Part shown: piece by piece, positions 39,469 through 52,285 of the stretch
Layout of the letters: each line of letters opens with the position of its first letter
Numbering within the stretch: the first letter of the stretch is position 1
NCBI GenBank assembly: GCA_951406725.2
Contig: OX597837.1
Span: 21,948,001 to 22,012,000 of the forward strand
Source: Octopus vulgaris
Taxonomy: Eukaryota
Length of the DNA: 64,000 bases
Direction of reading: 5' to 3'
Made by a program: the position numbers and the translations under genes
Notes under the pieces: generated by a model
What the model was told of the DNA's origin: nothing
Database searches by the model: none
What the model saw: the letters and a program-made list of their open reading frames with translations, nothing else

Positions 39469-40548
39469 GGAGTAGTTAAGTCAATTACGTTGACTCCTGT
39501 ACTTGATGCGTACTTATTTGTTTACTTAGTTGAGAACAGTGTCGGTTGGAGAGTTTGGGTGGGCAGTTCATCTGTCAAACAACTAAAATAGTCATATGTA
39601 AAGATACCCCTTGTAATGTTCTCAGGGAAATTAATGACACGCGCACAGGTAGATATAATGACCAAGGCACAACGATTGAGGGGTTATAGCACAAGACTAT
39701 TCACTGCACAGTAGTAAGTTCTGATTTTACCACAGCCGTTATGAGCAGGTCATAACTTTGCTTGAGTTTGCCTGGCTAATAGGAAACAGATACCATTCCT
39801 ATTTCACTGTTGAACAGTTAACACCAGGAAGAGTATCAAATTATAGTAATTATTTCAACATTAAAAGGCATTCTACTTACACAAATATGGAAAAATACAC
39901 GGAAAAATTGTATGGTTTATGTATACATAAGCGATATATTTGTGTATATAATTTGTGTGGATAATAGATATGTGTATGTATATGTTGAATATAGATAAGA
40001 GTATGTTTATATGTTATGTAAATATGCCACGTTTAGTTAATAGAAATGTGTATGTGTATATACATACTAGAGATAGGCGCATGCATGCTTATATGTACAT
40101 ATAGATGTGGGCATACAGTGATATATACATTGAGAAGTGTGTGTGTGTGTGTGTGTACAGAGATATGCATGCATTTATAAAGAGGTGCATATGTATGTAT
40201 GCATAGTGTTGTGCGTGTGTATGTGAATAATCAATTATGGACATGTGCATATGTATAGATTTGTATGCATATACACTCTGTAAAGTGGTTGGCATTAGGA
40301 AGGGCATCCAGCTGTAGAAACCAAGCAAATCAGTCACTGGAGGTCAACATAGTCCTCCAGCTCACGGGATCCTATGAAACATACTAGCATGGAAAACGGA
40401 CATTAAATGATGATAATGTTGTGTGACACGCATGTTAATATTTGGGGTGTTTAAGGTTTTAGCTTTCAAACCTGCTATATCCAGACCACATATCCTACCG
40501 TGTTTTATGTTGAAATCAACCAGATCTAACCTCACATGCATACACTAT

Positions 40549-40940
40549 TACTCTTTACTCTTTACTTGTTTCAGTCATTTGACTGCAGCCATGCTGGAGC
40601 ACCGCCTTTAATCGAGCAACTCGACTCCGGGACTTATTCTTTTGTAAGCCCAGTACTTATTCTATCGGTCTCTTTTGCCGAACCGCTAAGTAACGGGGAC
40701 ATAAACACACCAGCATCGGTTGTCAAGCAATGCTAGGGGGACAAACACAGACACACAAACACACACATGCCTATATGTATATATATACATATATACGACG
40801 GGCTTCTTTCAGTTTCCGTCTACGAAATCCACTCACAAGGCTTTGGTTGGCCCGAGGCTATAGTAGAAGACAGTTGCCCAAGGTGTCATGCAGTGGGACT
40901 GAACCCGGAGCCATGTGGTTGGTAAACAAGCTCCTTACCA
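40549..40940 (-). mobile_element. SINE family A inserted in a piggyBac-type MITE (about 40451-41092)
   Basis: MITE right end CTAAAGGGTTAA near 41081-41092. Confidence 0.88.
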
Positions 40941-42087
40941 CACAGCCACTCTTACGCCTATGACAACATTCTAAAAATAAACAAACACTTCGTCAAAATC
41001 TTAAAGCTATGAGATAATACCTAATTAATTCAAAACATTGTGAATAAATAATCATTACATTTGTCAGATTAATCTGAACGCTAAAGGGTTAAGGCAGTGA
41101 GCTGGCAGAATCATTAGCATCTTGGGTGAAATGCTTAGTGGCATTTCATCTCTCTTCACATCCTGAGCTCAAATTCCACTGAGGTCGACTTTGGCTTTCG
41201 TTCTTTCAGGGTTGATGAAATAAGTACCAGGTGAATACTGGGGTCAGTGAAAACAACTATCTCACTTTCCTGAACCTGTTGACCTTGTGCCAAAATTTGA
41301 AGTCAATATTTAGGGGGTTGTTTTAAAGGAATTTTTTTTATCATGCCATTTCAATGGCGAGAGAATTTTAATATAAATACTAAGTGCAGAATCAAAACAG
41401 ATGCTGTAGACATAGTTGCATGGTAAGAAGCTTGCCTCTTAACTACACAGTTCCAGGTTCCGTCCCACAGTGTGGCACCTTAGGCAATTGAAGCCTTGTT
41501 ACTGGATTTGATAGGTGAAAACTAAAAGCAGTCAGTCATGTGTTAGTGTTTGTCTCACACCACTGCTGTTGGTTTGTTTACATCCCCATAACTTAGCAAA
41601 CCAGCATAAGAGCTCAACAGAACAAGTACTGGGTTTAACAGGGTTGACTCAATCAACTAAAAACCAATCAAGGGAGTGCTCCAGTATGACCACAGTCCAA
41701 TAACTAAAACATGTCAAACATAAAAGATAACTAAATTTATATAACACATTTATATAAAAGATAACTAAATTTATATATACACATATATATTGTGTATATT
41801 CTCATATACACAATATATACATATATATGTGTGTGTGTGTGTGTGTAATACATATACAAATATTCTCTTAATGGTTTCTCACATTTGACACAAATTCATG
41901 TAATGAATTGGTGGCATGTACATTATAAAACCGAAAGCCAGCCTTAAATAATATCCTTTGGTAAGTATCCATGTCACATGCCAGGCACTTTCCTATGCCC
42001 CACCCAGTGCAGGCAAGAAGTACAACATAAAATACTTTCTACATGTCTTATACATTGGAAACATGAATCCCAGCATTCGCATATTTT

Positions 42088-42681
42088 AGCAGTTCTTAAC
42101 CATTTTTTTTTTATCTATGGACTCCTTTGATTACTCTTTCATTCTTGTGGACCTAAAGAACCATTTAATGTTTATATGCTAATTTTATAGATACTTCTTT
42201 CAAAATTCCTATTTCGTTTTTTCCCCTTTTGCTTGTATAGGTTTACAATAGAACTCTGAGAGAACATGTTTCAGTGTTTGGAAACATGTTAAACTAGGCG
42301 GCGAGCTGGCAGAAACATTGGTACACCGGGTGAAATGCTTAGCAGTATTTTGTCTGCCGTTACGTTCTGAGTTCAAATTGCGCTGAGGTCAACTTTGCCT
42401 TTCATCCTTTCAGGGTCGATAAATTAAGTACCAGTTCCGTACTGGGGTCAATGTAATCGACTTAATCCCTTTGTCCCCTCTATGTTTAACCCCTTGTGGG
42501 CAATGAGGAAATAGGAAACATGTTAAACTAGTAAAACATTAGAGAAAGAAACTCAGAAGTTTTTTTTATGGACCCTTAAAATACTACTGCAGATCCTCAA
42601 TTTACTATTTTGCTTGTGTGGACCCCCAAAAGCCTTATATGGTTCCCCAGTTGTCACATGGACCCTGGTTGAGAACTACTG
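42088..42681. mobile_element. hAT-type MITE hosting a SINE B
   Basis: CAGTTCTTAACC ... GGTTGAGAACTACTG termini; related to 52286-52599 and 54204-54461. Confidence 0.75.
42297..42513 (+). mobile_element. SINE family B with 17-bp TSD
   Basis: GGAAACATGTTAAACTA at 42280-42296 and 42514-42530. Confidence 0.92.
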
Positions 42682-42902
42682 ACATATTTAGTAGAAGAAT
42701 CTAAGTGAAAGAGAAGACTTACTTGCTGTTAGGGAATGAGGAAGAATGCCATTCAATCATAGCTCCTGTCTTTAGTATGTGATCCAAACCTTACTGTTTG
42801 TCTTAAATATTTGATCCAGGGGGGCTGAATTAAGACCCATAGAAACCTTAGGCACTTAACTCTTTTATCACCAAATTTATATTGAAATGCACTGCTTTTG
42901 TT

Positions 42903-43393
42903 TCAGTTTGGAACCCCTATCTTGCTCAGAACATTGACCTCCTGGAATCTGTCCAGAGACGTGCAACCAAACGCATACCCTCCATCAGACACCAACCATA
43001 TTCTGAGCGCCATGTTTCCCTGGGCATGGATTCACTGAAGCTCCGGCGTCTGGCGACGGACTTGGTAAACACACACAAAGTTATCAACCACCTCACCAAC
43101 AACAACACTGAACACCTTTTTGATCTTCATGTGTCTAACACACATGGACATGCCTACAAAGTCAGAAAACAACACAGCTCCCATGACTTTCGGAAACATT
43201 TTTTCACGCTCAGAGTTGCTGAAGCATGGAATAAACTGCCTGCGTCAGTTGTTGACTGCCATGACACTGCATCCTTTAAGGCCCTCATGCTTTCCGAAAT
43301 CCGCCGAAACTACACCTGATTATATATACACTTTAGATGAGTTGTAGTGCACCTGAGCACTGTACACAATTATTATTATTATTATTATTATTA
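42903..43393 (+). mobile_element. 5'-truncated CR1-group LINE 3' end (ORF2 C-terminus, short UTR, (TTA)n tail) inside a piggyBac-type MITE
   Basis: SVWNPY..NIDLLESVQRRATK..YSER...L..RRL..DL..FFTLRVAEAWNKLP..VV....SFK motifs; stop at 43319. Confidence 0.9.
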
Positions 43394-43588
43394 ATTTTGA
43401 CAGCTATGAAGAATTTAGTAAGGTGAGTTTGTTATTAATAAAATGGTATTTGAAACCTAACATAACATGACATTTTGATGGAAGGTTCTAATTTAGAGCT
43501 CTTTAAAAGAAGCTTCTATTGTAAGACCAAGGGTAGTCTCAGACATGTTGGTATCAAAAGGGTTAAAAGATTTGGAGTCACCTTCATA

Positions 43589-44430
43589 TAGGTGTGGCTG
43601 TGTGGTAAGAAGCTTGCTTCTTAAACACACAATTCCGGGTTCAGTTCCACTCTGTGGCACCTTGGGCAAGTGTTTTCTACAATAGCCTTGGGCCAACTAA
43701 AGCATTGTGAGTGGATTTGGCAGGCAGAAACTGCAAAAAAGAGACCCATTATATGTGTGTATGTGTGTGTGTATTTATTATGTGTGTGTGTCTTTGTGTC
43801 TGTGTTTGTCCCTCACCACTTATGTGAAAGCTAGTGATGGTATGTTTACATCCCTGTAACTTAGCAGTTTCACAAATAAGACTGATAGAACAAGTAGTAA
43901 GCTTTAAGAAAAGTCCTGGGGTCAATCTGTTTGACTAAAATCCTTGGCGGCAGTGCCCTAATATGGCTACAGTCAAATGAATGAAGCAAGAAAAAGATAA
44001 AGATATATGTAATTCAAAATACAAATAGCAATAGGTGCAGGAGTGGCTGTGTGGTAAGTAGCTTGCTTACCAACCACATGGTTCTGGGTTCAGTCCCACT
44101 GCGTAATACCTTGGGTAAGTGTCTTCTACTATAGCCTCAGGCTGACCAAAGCCTTGTGAGTGGATTTGGTAGACAGAAACTGAAAGAAACCTGTCATATA
44201 CATATGTGTGTATGTGTGTGTGTGTGCTTGCATTTGTCCCCCCAACATCACTTGACAACCGATGCTGGTGTGTTTACGTCCCTGTAATTTAGCAGTTCAG
44301 CAAAAGACACCAATAGAATAAGTACCAGGTTTACAAAGAATAAGTCCTGGGGTCGATTTGCTCGACTAAAGGCGGTGCTCCAGCATGGCCGTAGTCAAAT
44401 GACTGAAACAAGTAAAAGAGTAAAAGAGTA
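43589..44430 (+). mobile_element. Two tandem SINE family A copies (older 43589-44003, younger 44032-44430)
   Basis: Two heads and two tails. Confidence 0.85.
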
Positions 44431-45457
44431 ATAAACGGTAAAATAAATTTTCATTTTTGAAATTGCAACAAAGCTAACAGTAAGATAGAAAATGTTTATT
44501 TTTGTATAATTCCACTTTATTTATATTTGAAAAGTTTTCTCCTACTTTTTTTTTTTTTAATTGCATAGTCTTTGATCAGACCCTTAAAAATTAATCTTAG
44601 GTAACACATCTGCTTCTATACTTAGCAGAGATAAGGCATTACGAATATTATTTTAGCAAGTTTAAAGTGATTTCTTTTGTGCTGTAAACTATTTAGCTTT
44701 TCTGTGGTGCCCCCTCCCCTTCCCTTGATGCCCTGGGCACGTGCTTATTTTGCTTAATGTCTAATCCAGTGCTGGAGCTGGGCCTCACTGCTAAGTGGAA
44801 GTATGGTCTTTGATGGTATTAGTTGTTTTTCCCTATATGGAGAACAAAAATCATAAACTCAGTAGATTGATGGCTCCGTAAATTGCCTTTGCTAATTACT
44901 TATAAATGATGGAGGACTAGGTTGATCTTCAGTGGCTGATTTGGCAAGGTTTCTATAGCTGAATGTCTTTCCTAAAACCAACCACTTTACAGAGTGTACA
45001 CACATACAACTGTATACATATGCACATATGCATATCTGTTTATATACACACACACACACATATATATATAGTACTATGCATACATATACACTTCTTTATA
45101 AATGTATGCACATCTCTATGTACAAACACACACACACATCTCTATGAAAGTGTACACCCTAATGCCCACATCTATGTGTAGACACATACTACATATCTCT
45201 AGTATGTATACACAAATACACACACATATCTCTATTATCTAAACACATCATACACATCTCTATTATCTATGTGGTTATTGAACATGTGTTAGAAATAGCA
45301 ACCAACTCTCCTTTAGAATTTACCCTACTTCCATAAAAGAATTAAATGAGGGTAAAAGGAAAATGATCATGGCTGAAATGCTTCTAACTATGTCTCTGGT
45401 CCCTCAAGGCTGAAGGCAATGGATTGGCAGAACTGTTAGAGCATTAAAAACAAAATG

Positions 45458-45849
45458 CTTTACTCTTTTACTTGTTTCAGTCATTTGACTGCGGCTATGC
45501 TGGAGCACTGCCTTTTAATCGAGCAACTCGACCCCGGGACTTATTCTTTTGTAAGCCCAGTACTTATTCTATCGGTCTCTTTTCCTGAACCGCTAAGTAA
45601 CGGGGACATAAACACACCAGCATCGGTTGCTAGGGGGACAAACACAGACACACAAACACACATACGCATATATATACATATATACGATGGGCTTCTTTCA
45701 GTTTTCGTCTACCAAATCCACTCACAAGGCTTTGGTTGGCCCGAGGCTATAGTAGAAGACACTTGCCCATGGTGCCACGCAGTGGGACTGAACCCGGAAC
45801 CATGTGGTTGGTAAACAAGCTACTTATCACACAGCCACTCCTGTGCTTT
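45458..45849 (-). mobile_element. SINE family A
   Basis: Colinear with consensus; shares TATTCTTTTGTAAGCCCAG with 40549-40940. Confidence 0.9.
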
Positions 45850-45854
45850 ATGCG

Positions 45855-46050
45855 TTAATTTTTGAGAAGCATTGTCTTCAAACATGTTGCAATTTTTAAG
45901 AAGCATTTACTTCAAACATGCTTCAATTTTGGGGAAGAATTTTCTTCAAACATGCTTTAATGTTTGAGGAGCATTTTCTTCAAAAATACTTTAATTCACA
46001 AGAATATTTTTCTTCAAATATGCTTTAATTTTGAAGAGAAGCATCTCTTC
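45855..46050. repeat. Degenerate minisatellite, about 5.5 copies of about 34-bp TTAATTTTTGAGAAGCATTTTCTTCAAACATGCT
   Basis: CTTCAAA recurs with about 34-bp period. Confidence 0.85.
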
Positions 46051-47660
46051 TACACAAACAGATGTTGAATCCATTACGAATGGAACTATCAACTACAGAG
46101 TCATTTGTTGCCTTGCCCTGTGGAATGAATTAATGGGAGATGTGTTCCAGCTGAGGGTCTCTTTAGAATGTATCACTAACAACATATAATCAAGTACCAC
46201 AAGAATTAATCTATTCCCTCTTTGATTCTATTGATAAGCACAGCATGCTAAATTGATCTGGAAATGTATCGTGCCACAATGCAAATATCAATATGTGAAA
46301 CAGAATGAGAGATTACAGCCTGACATCACAGCAAACTATAATCATTTAACCAGAACTTTTGCAGTTCATCTGTGACATATACAATGTGGCTTCTTATATA
46401 GCATTTAGAAATGAGTGTTAAATGATGCTTTTCACATAAGACGTATTTGCACTTAAGTACAAGATTATGTTCATTTGTGTGTGAAATTGTGCGCATTATG
46501 AACACATACACACACATACGTGAACTGACTGTTGTCAAGTAGTGATCTAGAGGAGTACTTAATACAGAGTGCAGTAGTTTATTTAAAACAGTAAACAATA
46601 TATGTTTGCCATGTTAAAAGCACTGGTGCTGGTGCCACATAAAAAGCAGTGATAAATATAGGTTGGAAGGAAGGTATGAGAGAGTAGGTGATATCTGTAA
46701 AGATGAGCAAGAGGTGATGGATGAATGCAGTGAATGGCAGACAAGAATGGAGGAATGATCATGAACGTATGAGTTGGGGGGAAATTAGGGAAGAGTAGGT
46801 GATGACTGGTAGTACAGAAAGGGTGAGCAGAATAATAATAGTAGACAAGGGAAGGATAAGAGAAAGAGAGATGACATGTGAAGGGCAGTAACAAGTGTGA
46901 GGAGAGAAACACAAAGTGGAGAATGGTGCTAAAAGCAAGTCAAGAAGAAGTGGTTCAATGGCAAGAAAGTAATAATTTGATAGCACAGTAGGTTGATCAA
47001 TGTAAAATGTGAGTGGAGAAGAACATTGTTAAGAATGACGGTTCTAGATGGTGAGAAAGATAGCTAGTATCACAGAGAAAGATGATGAAATATGTAATCC
47101 TGTTCTCATTTAATTATAGCAGAAGAATACTGCAGTTCAGTAAATGATAGTGGGATCAGTAATAGAGAGATGAGGGGTAGGGGTTAAGACTTGATGTGGA
47201 AATTGGATGAGGAGCCCAGTTGAATGTGTATGTATGTGTGTGTGCATGTTTGTATATGTGTGTGATCTTCCCTCCACACCATCATTCTTTTCTTTCATTT
47301 GCCAACAGTATATTCTGCTGCTGTAATCAAATAAGGGTAGAACTACATATTTTATCATCTTTTTTTGTGATACCAGTTATTTTTCTAACTACCTGAAACC
47401 ACTTCAATTGGTTTCAATCCTTCATTCTTAACATTGTTCCTCTTCACTCACATTTTACATTGATCACTCCACCCCTTTTATACTACCAAGTCATCTCCCC
47501 CTTTCCCTCTCCATTGAAACACTTAAGCACTTCCTGTTATTGCCCATATAATCATACATCTCGCACCTTCTCCCCATGCACAATGTCTTTCCAACCTCTT
47601 GCTACTCCAATGTCATCTCTCTTCACACTGCAGTGCTATTAATCAGCACCTCTTCCCTAA

Positions 47661-47705
<45 letters not shown>

Positions 47706-47849
47706 TTGACTGACACTGCCACCATTCACTACATCCAACCCTATACCCTTCCACATCTCTTGTCATCATCATCTCTCCCCTACCTTCCATCCAACTCATT
47801 TTAGCATAGACAACCTCCTCTTTGTTCATCATTCAGTATATTTGAACAC

Positions 47850-48337
47850 GTACCCTGTTTCTTAATTCTTTACTGCCCACAAGGGGCTACACACGGAGGG
47901 GACAAACAAGGGCAGACAAGCAGATTAAGTCGATAATATTGACCCCAGTGCATAACTGGTATTTATTTAAGGCGGCGAGCTGGCAGAAACGTTAGCACGC
48001 CGGGCGAAATGCGTAGCCGTATTTCGTCTGTCGTTACGTTGTGAGTTCAGATTCCGCCGAGGTCGACTTTGCCTTTCATCCTTTCGGGGTCGATAAATTA
48101 AGTACCAGTTACGCACTGGGGTCAATGTAATCGACTTAATACCTATGTCTGTCCTTGTTTGTCCCTCTATGTTTAGCCCCTTGTGGGTAATAAAGAAATA
48201 GGTATTTATTTAATCGACCCCGAAAGGATCAAAGGCAAAGTCGACTTCGGCAGAATTTGAACTCAGAACGTAGCGGCAGACGAAATACCGCTAAGCATTT
48301 CACCAAGTGTGCTAACGTTTCTGCCAGCTCGCCACCT
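47850..48337. mobile_element. SINE B (plus, 47971-48200) nested in inverted orientation inside SINE B (minus)
   Basis: 13-bp TSD GGTATTTATTTAA at 47958-47970 and 48201-48213. Confidence 0.92.
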
Positions 48338-48545
48338 TACCCTATCTCTTACCACCCTTCACTCTCTCCGTGCACTATTATTAACTCTATTCAGCCTCCC
48401 AGAGTCCACCCTGATACCTCATCACTGCCACGTTCATTTTTCTTTCCTGTCCCACACTGATTACCGCCACCCATTCTTGTATGATGTAAGCAACCATGTA
48501 GCTCTCCTACAGTAAGAAACTTGTTCCAGCCCCTTCCATCGTACC

Positions 48546-48773
48546 TTAACTCTTTAGTATTCAGATTATTCTGTCAAATGTAATGTTTGCTCATTTATAT
48601 TGTTTTGAATTAATCATGCATTATCTTGTAGTTTAGAGATTTTGATGATGTAGTTGTTCAATTTGAGAATGACATTGTAGGGTTGAGCTGAGAGGCCAGA
48701 TCTGGCCAGTTTCAACATAAAACAGGTTAAATACTTTGGCTTGATATGGCTGATTTGAATGTTAAAGGGTTAA
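48546..48773. mobile_element. piggyBac-type MITE, complete
   Basis: TTAA-CTCTTTAGTATTCA ... TGAATGTTAAAGGG-TTAA; siblings at about 53895-54098 and 55349-55562. Confidence 0.8.
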
Positions 48774-49040
48774 CCTTTCATCAACTAGCACAGAGCTGCC
48801 ACCATCTCTACTGTGGCCCAACTCAGTCAATGGAGATCTTAGTTGTGTGAGCTACAAGGCACCCTCACTAGCACTAGTGCCATTAAAAAAAAAAAACAGT
48901 TACACTTTATAAAGTGATTTGTGTTAGGAAAGGCATCCAGCCATAGCTACCATGCTAATGCAAATACTGGAACATGATATACTCTTCTGACTGACTGGAT
49001 CCTATCAAACCATCCAACCCAACAAGGAAGACAAGCGTTA

Positions 49041-49082
<42 letters not shown>

Positions 49083-49169
49083 GGATGGATTTCTTTTTTC
49101 TCTTTGAGTCTTATTTAATCCTTTAACATTCAAACTGACCATATCCAGCCATAACCCTTCTGTCCAGCA

Positions 49170-49352
49170 TTCGCCATGATAGATCACTAGCCACTACACA
49201 TTCTTTATTTTCTCTCCTTGTTTCTTTCTGTGGAAGAGCATAGGCTCGAAACATTAAAGACTTTTTCACTTCCCGAGCATTATACTAATACATCTATTTG
49301 TTGTCAACACCACCTTATCTTCATCTTTTGTTTTATTGTGAATTCTTCCCAA
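49170..49352 (+). mobile_element. Penelope-like pLTR remnant related to P1 with hammerhead-like motif
   Basis: 49223-49260: tcttt CTGTGGA a gagc-atag-gctc GAAACATT aaaga; downstream CTTCCCGAGC..TAATAC..TATTTGTT shared with P1. Confidence 0.55.
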
Positions 49353-50219
49353 AATATTCTGCCTCTTTTACTCCTTTATGTTCAAACTGGCCTGGTCCAA
49401 CATCTCACGCTTACTTTATGTTGTGGAAGGATTGTGACCAAAAGTGGACTGACACATTTCAATAAAATAAAGGAACTGTGTAAACTGTCAGCAGTTGACA
49501 GCATTGATCATTGGTATTGGATTACTGTGTTAGCTTAATATATCTACGTTTGGTGTATTACAGAGGACATTCTGTGTGAACATATTAATTCTGCAAGAGG
49601 TTATTCTAAATAACTAGACCCAAATATTTATTTGGGTAATACTATTCTTCCACCCTTGTGCACTTGTACACACCCCAACATCATCATAACATTATTGGTG
49701 ATGAGATATTCAAACCTCTAAAGACATACCACTTTACAATGTCATAGTAAAAAAAAACAATTACATCACTGAAATTTCAAAACTATGAGATAATGTATGA
49801 TTAATTCAAGACAAGATGAATAAATAAGCATTATATTTGATCAAGTAATCTGAATGCTAAAGGGTTAAGTTCTTCTTGACAGAGTTCAAGCTGGTTGCTA
49901 ACAAAGTATCAAGACATTTTGAGTTAAGAGAGTTCCCAGTGTTTGTAAATACGTGGTTGAGTTGGTGTGTTGGTTTGAACAGTCAATGTATATACCCAAA
50001 TGAGAATCTCAAATGGAGAATTCTTGGAATGTCTTGCAGATCCTCACCATGCCACTAATACATTGGATTTAGAGAATCCACATCATTTTCTTTTGCTCTT
50101 TTTCTGTGAAACTGAATATTTCTAGGTTTTTGTGAAACTTTGCTGGTACATAACCTAATGCACCTATGATTATAGGTGCAAATGAAAATTCATAGTCAGG
50201 GTATGTATGTATGTATGTA

Positions 50220-50457
50220 TCAAAATAAGCAACAAGGATATCCAGAGGTAATGCAGTACGACTGTTTCATGTAACTCCATTTAATTACATCAATTTAAAA
50301 TGTAGAGCAATCTTCAGCTGCACAAAGACATAGAATTTAATTAAATTAGGAAACATCAGTATAATTTTACCCAAAATCTCCAAGAGGATAAGGAGATAGA
50401 CAAAGAACATGTTTTACCAACATCACAGTTGCAACTGAAATTTTCTTCAAGACACTT
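50220..50457 (-). mobile_element. Penelope-like pLTR remnant family P4 in a (TATG)n tract, with canonical hammerhead core
   Basis: Minus 50323-50251: gtgcag CTGAAGA long imperfect stem II GAAA cagtc GTA ctgcat; (TATG)n on both sides. Confidence 0.6.
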
Positions 50458-51122
50458 GTATGTATGTATGTATGTATGTATGTATGTAGGTATGTGGGTA
50501 CGTATGTATGTATATATGTATGTATGTATGCACATATGTATATAAATGTGTGTGTGCGTTAAAATTGCGTTTCAGTATGTGCCAAAAAAAAAATGTATTA
50601 AGAATTAAGTGAGAGAGAGAGAAAGAGAGATATAGCTGCTGATTTTATTAATATTGGTGTTAGTTACAACAGACACGGAGATTGCCAAATTAGATGTTAT
50701 GGTGCAGAGAGCTGTCTAATTAAATATTGTTTAATTACACTAAGTGAAGGTGTATGTCTAGTACATAACTATATATGATGAAATTCCGTTTTACATGCAT
50801 GTAATTGAGAATATATTTAAGTATAATTGTGTATTTGTGTAAACATGCAGATATTTACAAGTAAATATGCTTGCACGTAAATGGACACGGACACACACAC
50901 ACGCAAAGCACATTGAACAGTGATGTTGGTATACACACACAAATATATGAATATAAATCTATATATATATATATATATATATATACATACATGTGTATAC
51001 ATGTATGTATATAGTACATTTGCAAACATGTTGGAATGTACTTATGGATGGATGGATGTATACAGGTAAATCTATACGTATGTACGTGTGTGTGTGACAT
51101 ATGGATGTTGGTATTAATCTGA

Positions 51123-51154
<32 letters not shown>

Positions 51155-51562
51155 TTATATTCACAGATTCCATGCCAAATGATATCTAATATTGCACATG
51201 GGTTTAGTGAATTTCTTTCCATCATTTCTGTGCCAAGTACAGTGAAATCTACTTCACTAATGAAATCATAAAACCAAAACATGTCCTAATCATTTATGAT
51301 ACTTAATTAAAATATTAGTCAATGACTAATATTATTTCTTTTTTTTTCTCATTTCATAATTATTTCTAATTTTTAATGCTGCCTACCTTGGCTCTTTTGA
51401 TACCGACATGCATGAAACCTGATTCTATGATACAAAACTGTTTGGCAATGTTTATATTTAAGTTATTTTTTATAGAAGAACCAGCTTGATAACGAAGAAA
51501 TTGGTTAATTTGCTAAGTCCTTCCAAATTGTTACAATACAGTTGCAAAAGGCTTGGACATCC

Positions 51563-51971
51563 CTTTATTCTTTTACTTGTTTCAATCATTTGACTGCAGC
51601 CATGCTGAAACACTCCCTTGAAAGGTTTTAGTTGAACAAATCAACCCCAGGATTTATTTTTTTAAAGCCTAGTACTTATTCTATTGGTCTCTTTTGCTGA
51701 ACCGCTAAGTTACAGGGACATAAACACACCAACACCAGTTGTCAAGCAGTGATGGGATGACAAAAACAGACACAAAGACACTCGCACAGATAAGTATATA
51801 TATATTCGATGGGCTTCTTTCAGTTTCCGTCTACTAATTCCACTCACAAGGCTTTGATGAGCCCAAGGCTATAGTTGAAGACACTTGCCCAAGGTGCCAT
51901 GCAGTGGGACTGAACCCAGAACCATGTGGTTGGGAAGCAAACTTCTTACCACACAGACGCGCCTGCACCTA
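51563..51971 (-). mobile_element. SINE family A, older subfamily
   Basis: Colinear, with the GAAAGGTTTTAGTTGAACAAA variant segment. Confidence 0.88.
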
Positions 51972-52285
51972 TATGTTAACACTAACTTTAATTTGTTTAC
52001 ATTTTAACAAGTAGATTTTTGCTACTTTATCTTTGAATCTTGTGAAGTAACGAAAAGCAAGTCTTGTGTTAATGATCCTAAAGTGGGACTGGTCAGTTGA
52101 ACCCTTGAACAAACTTGCAGAAAAGGATCTTCATTTTGTAGCAAGACTAAATACATATGGATTTGATCCCATTTATTCATAACCCATGCCGTGTTGGCAC
52201 CTTAGAAATTGTAACACTATCAGCTTTTTATCATCATCGTCAAGACCCCATAACTAATGCAGTCAGTTGGAGAAACATTCTAGAC

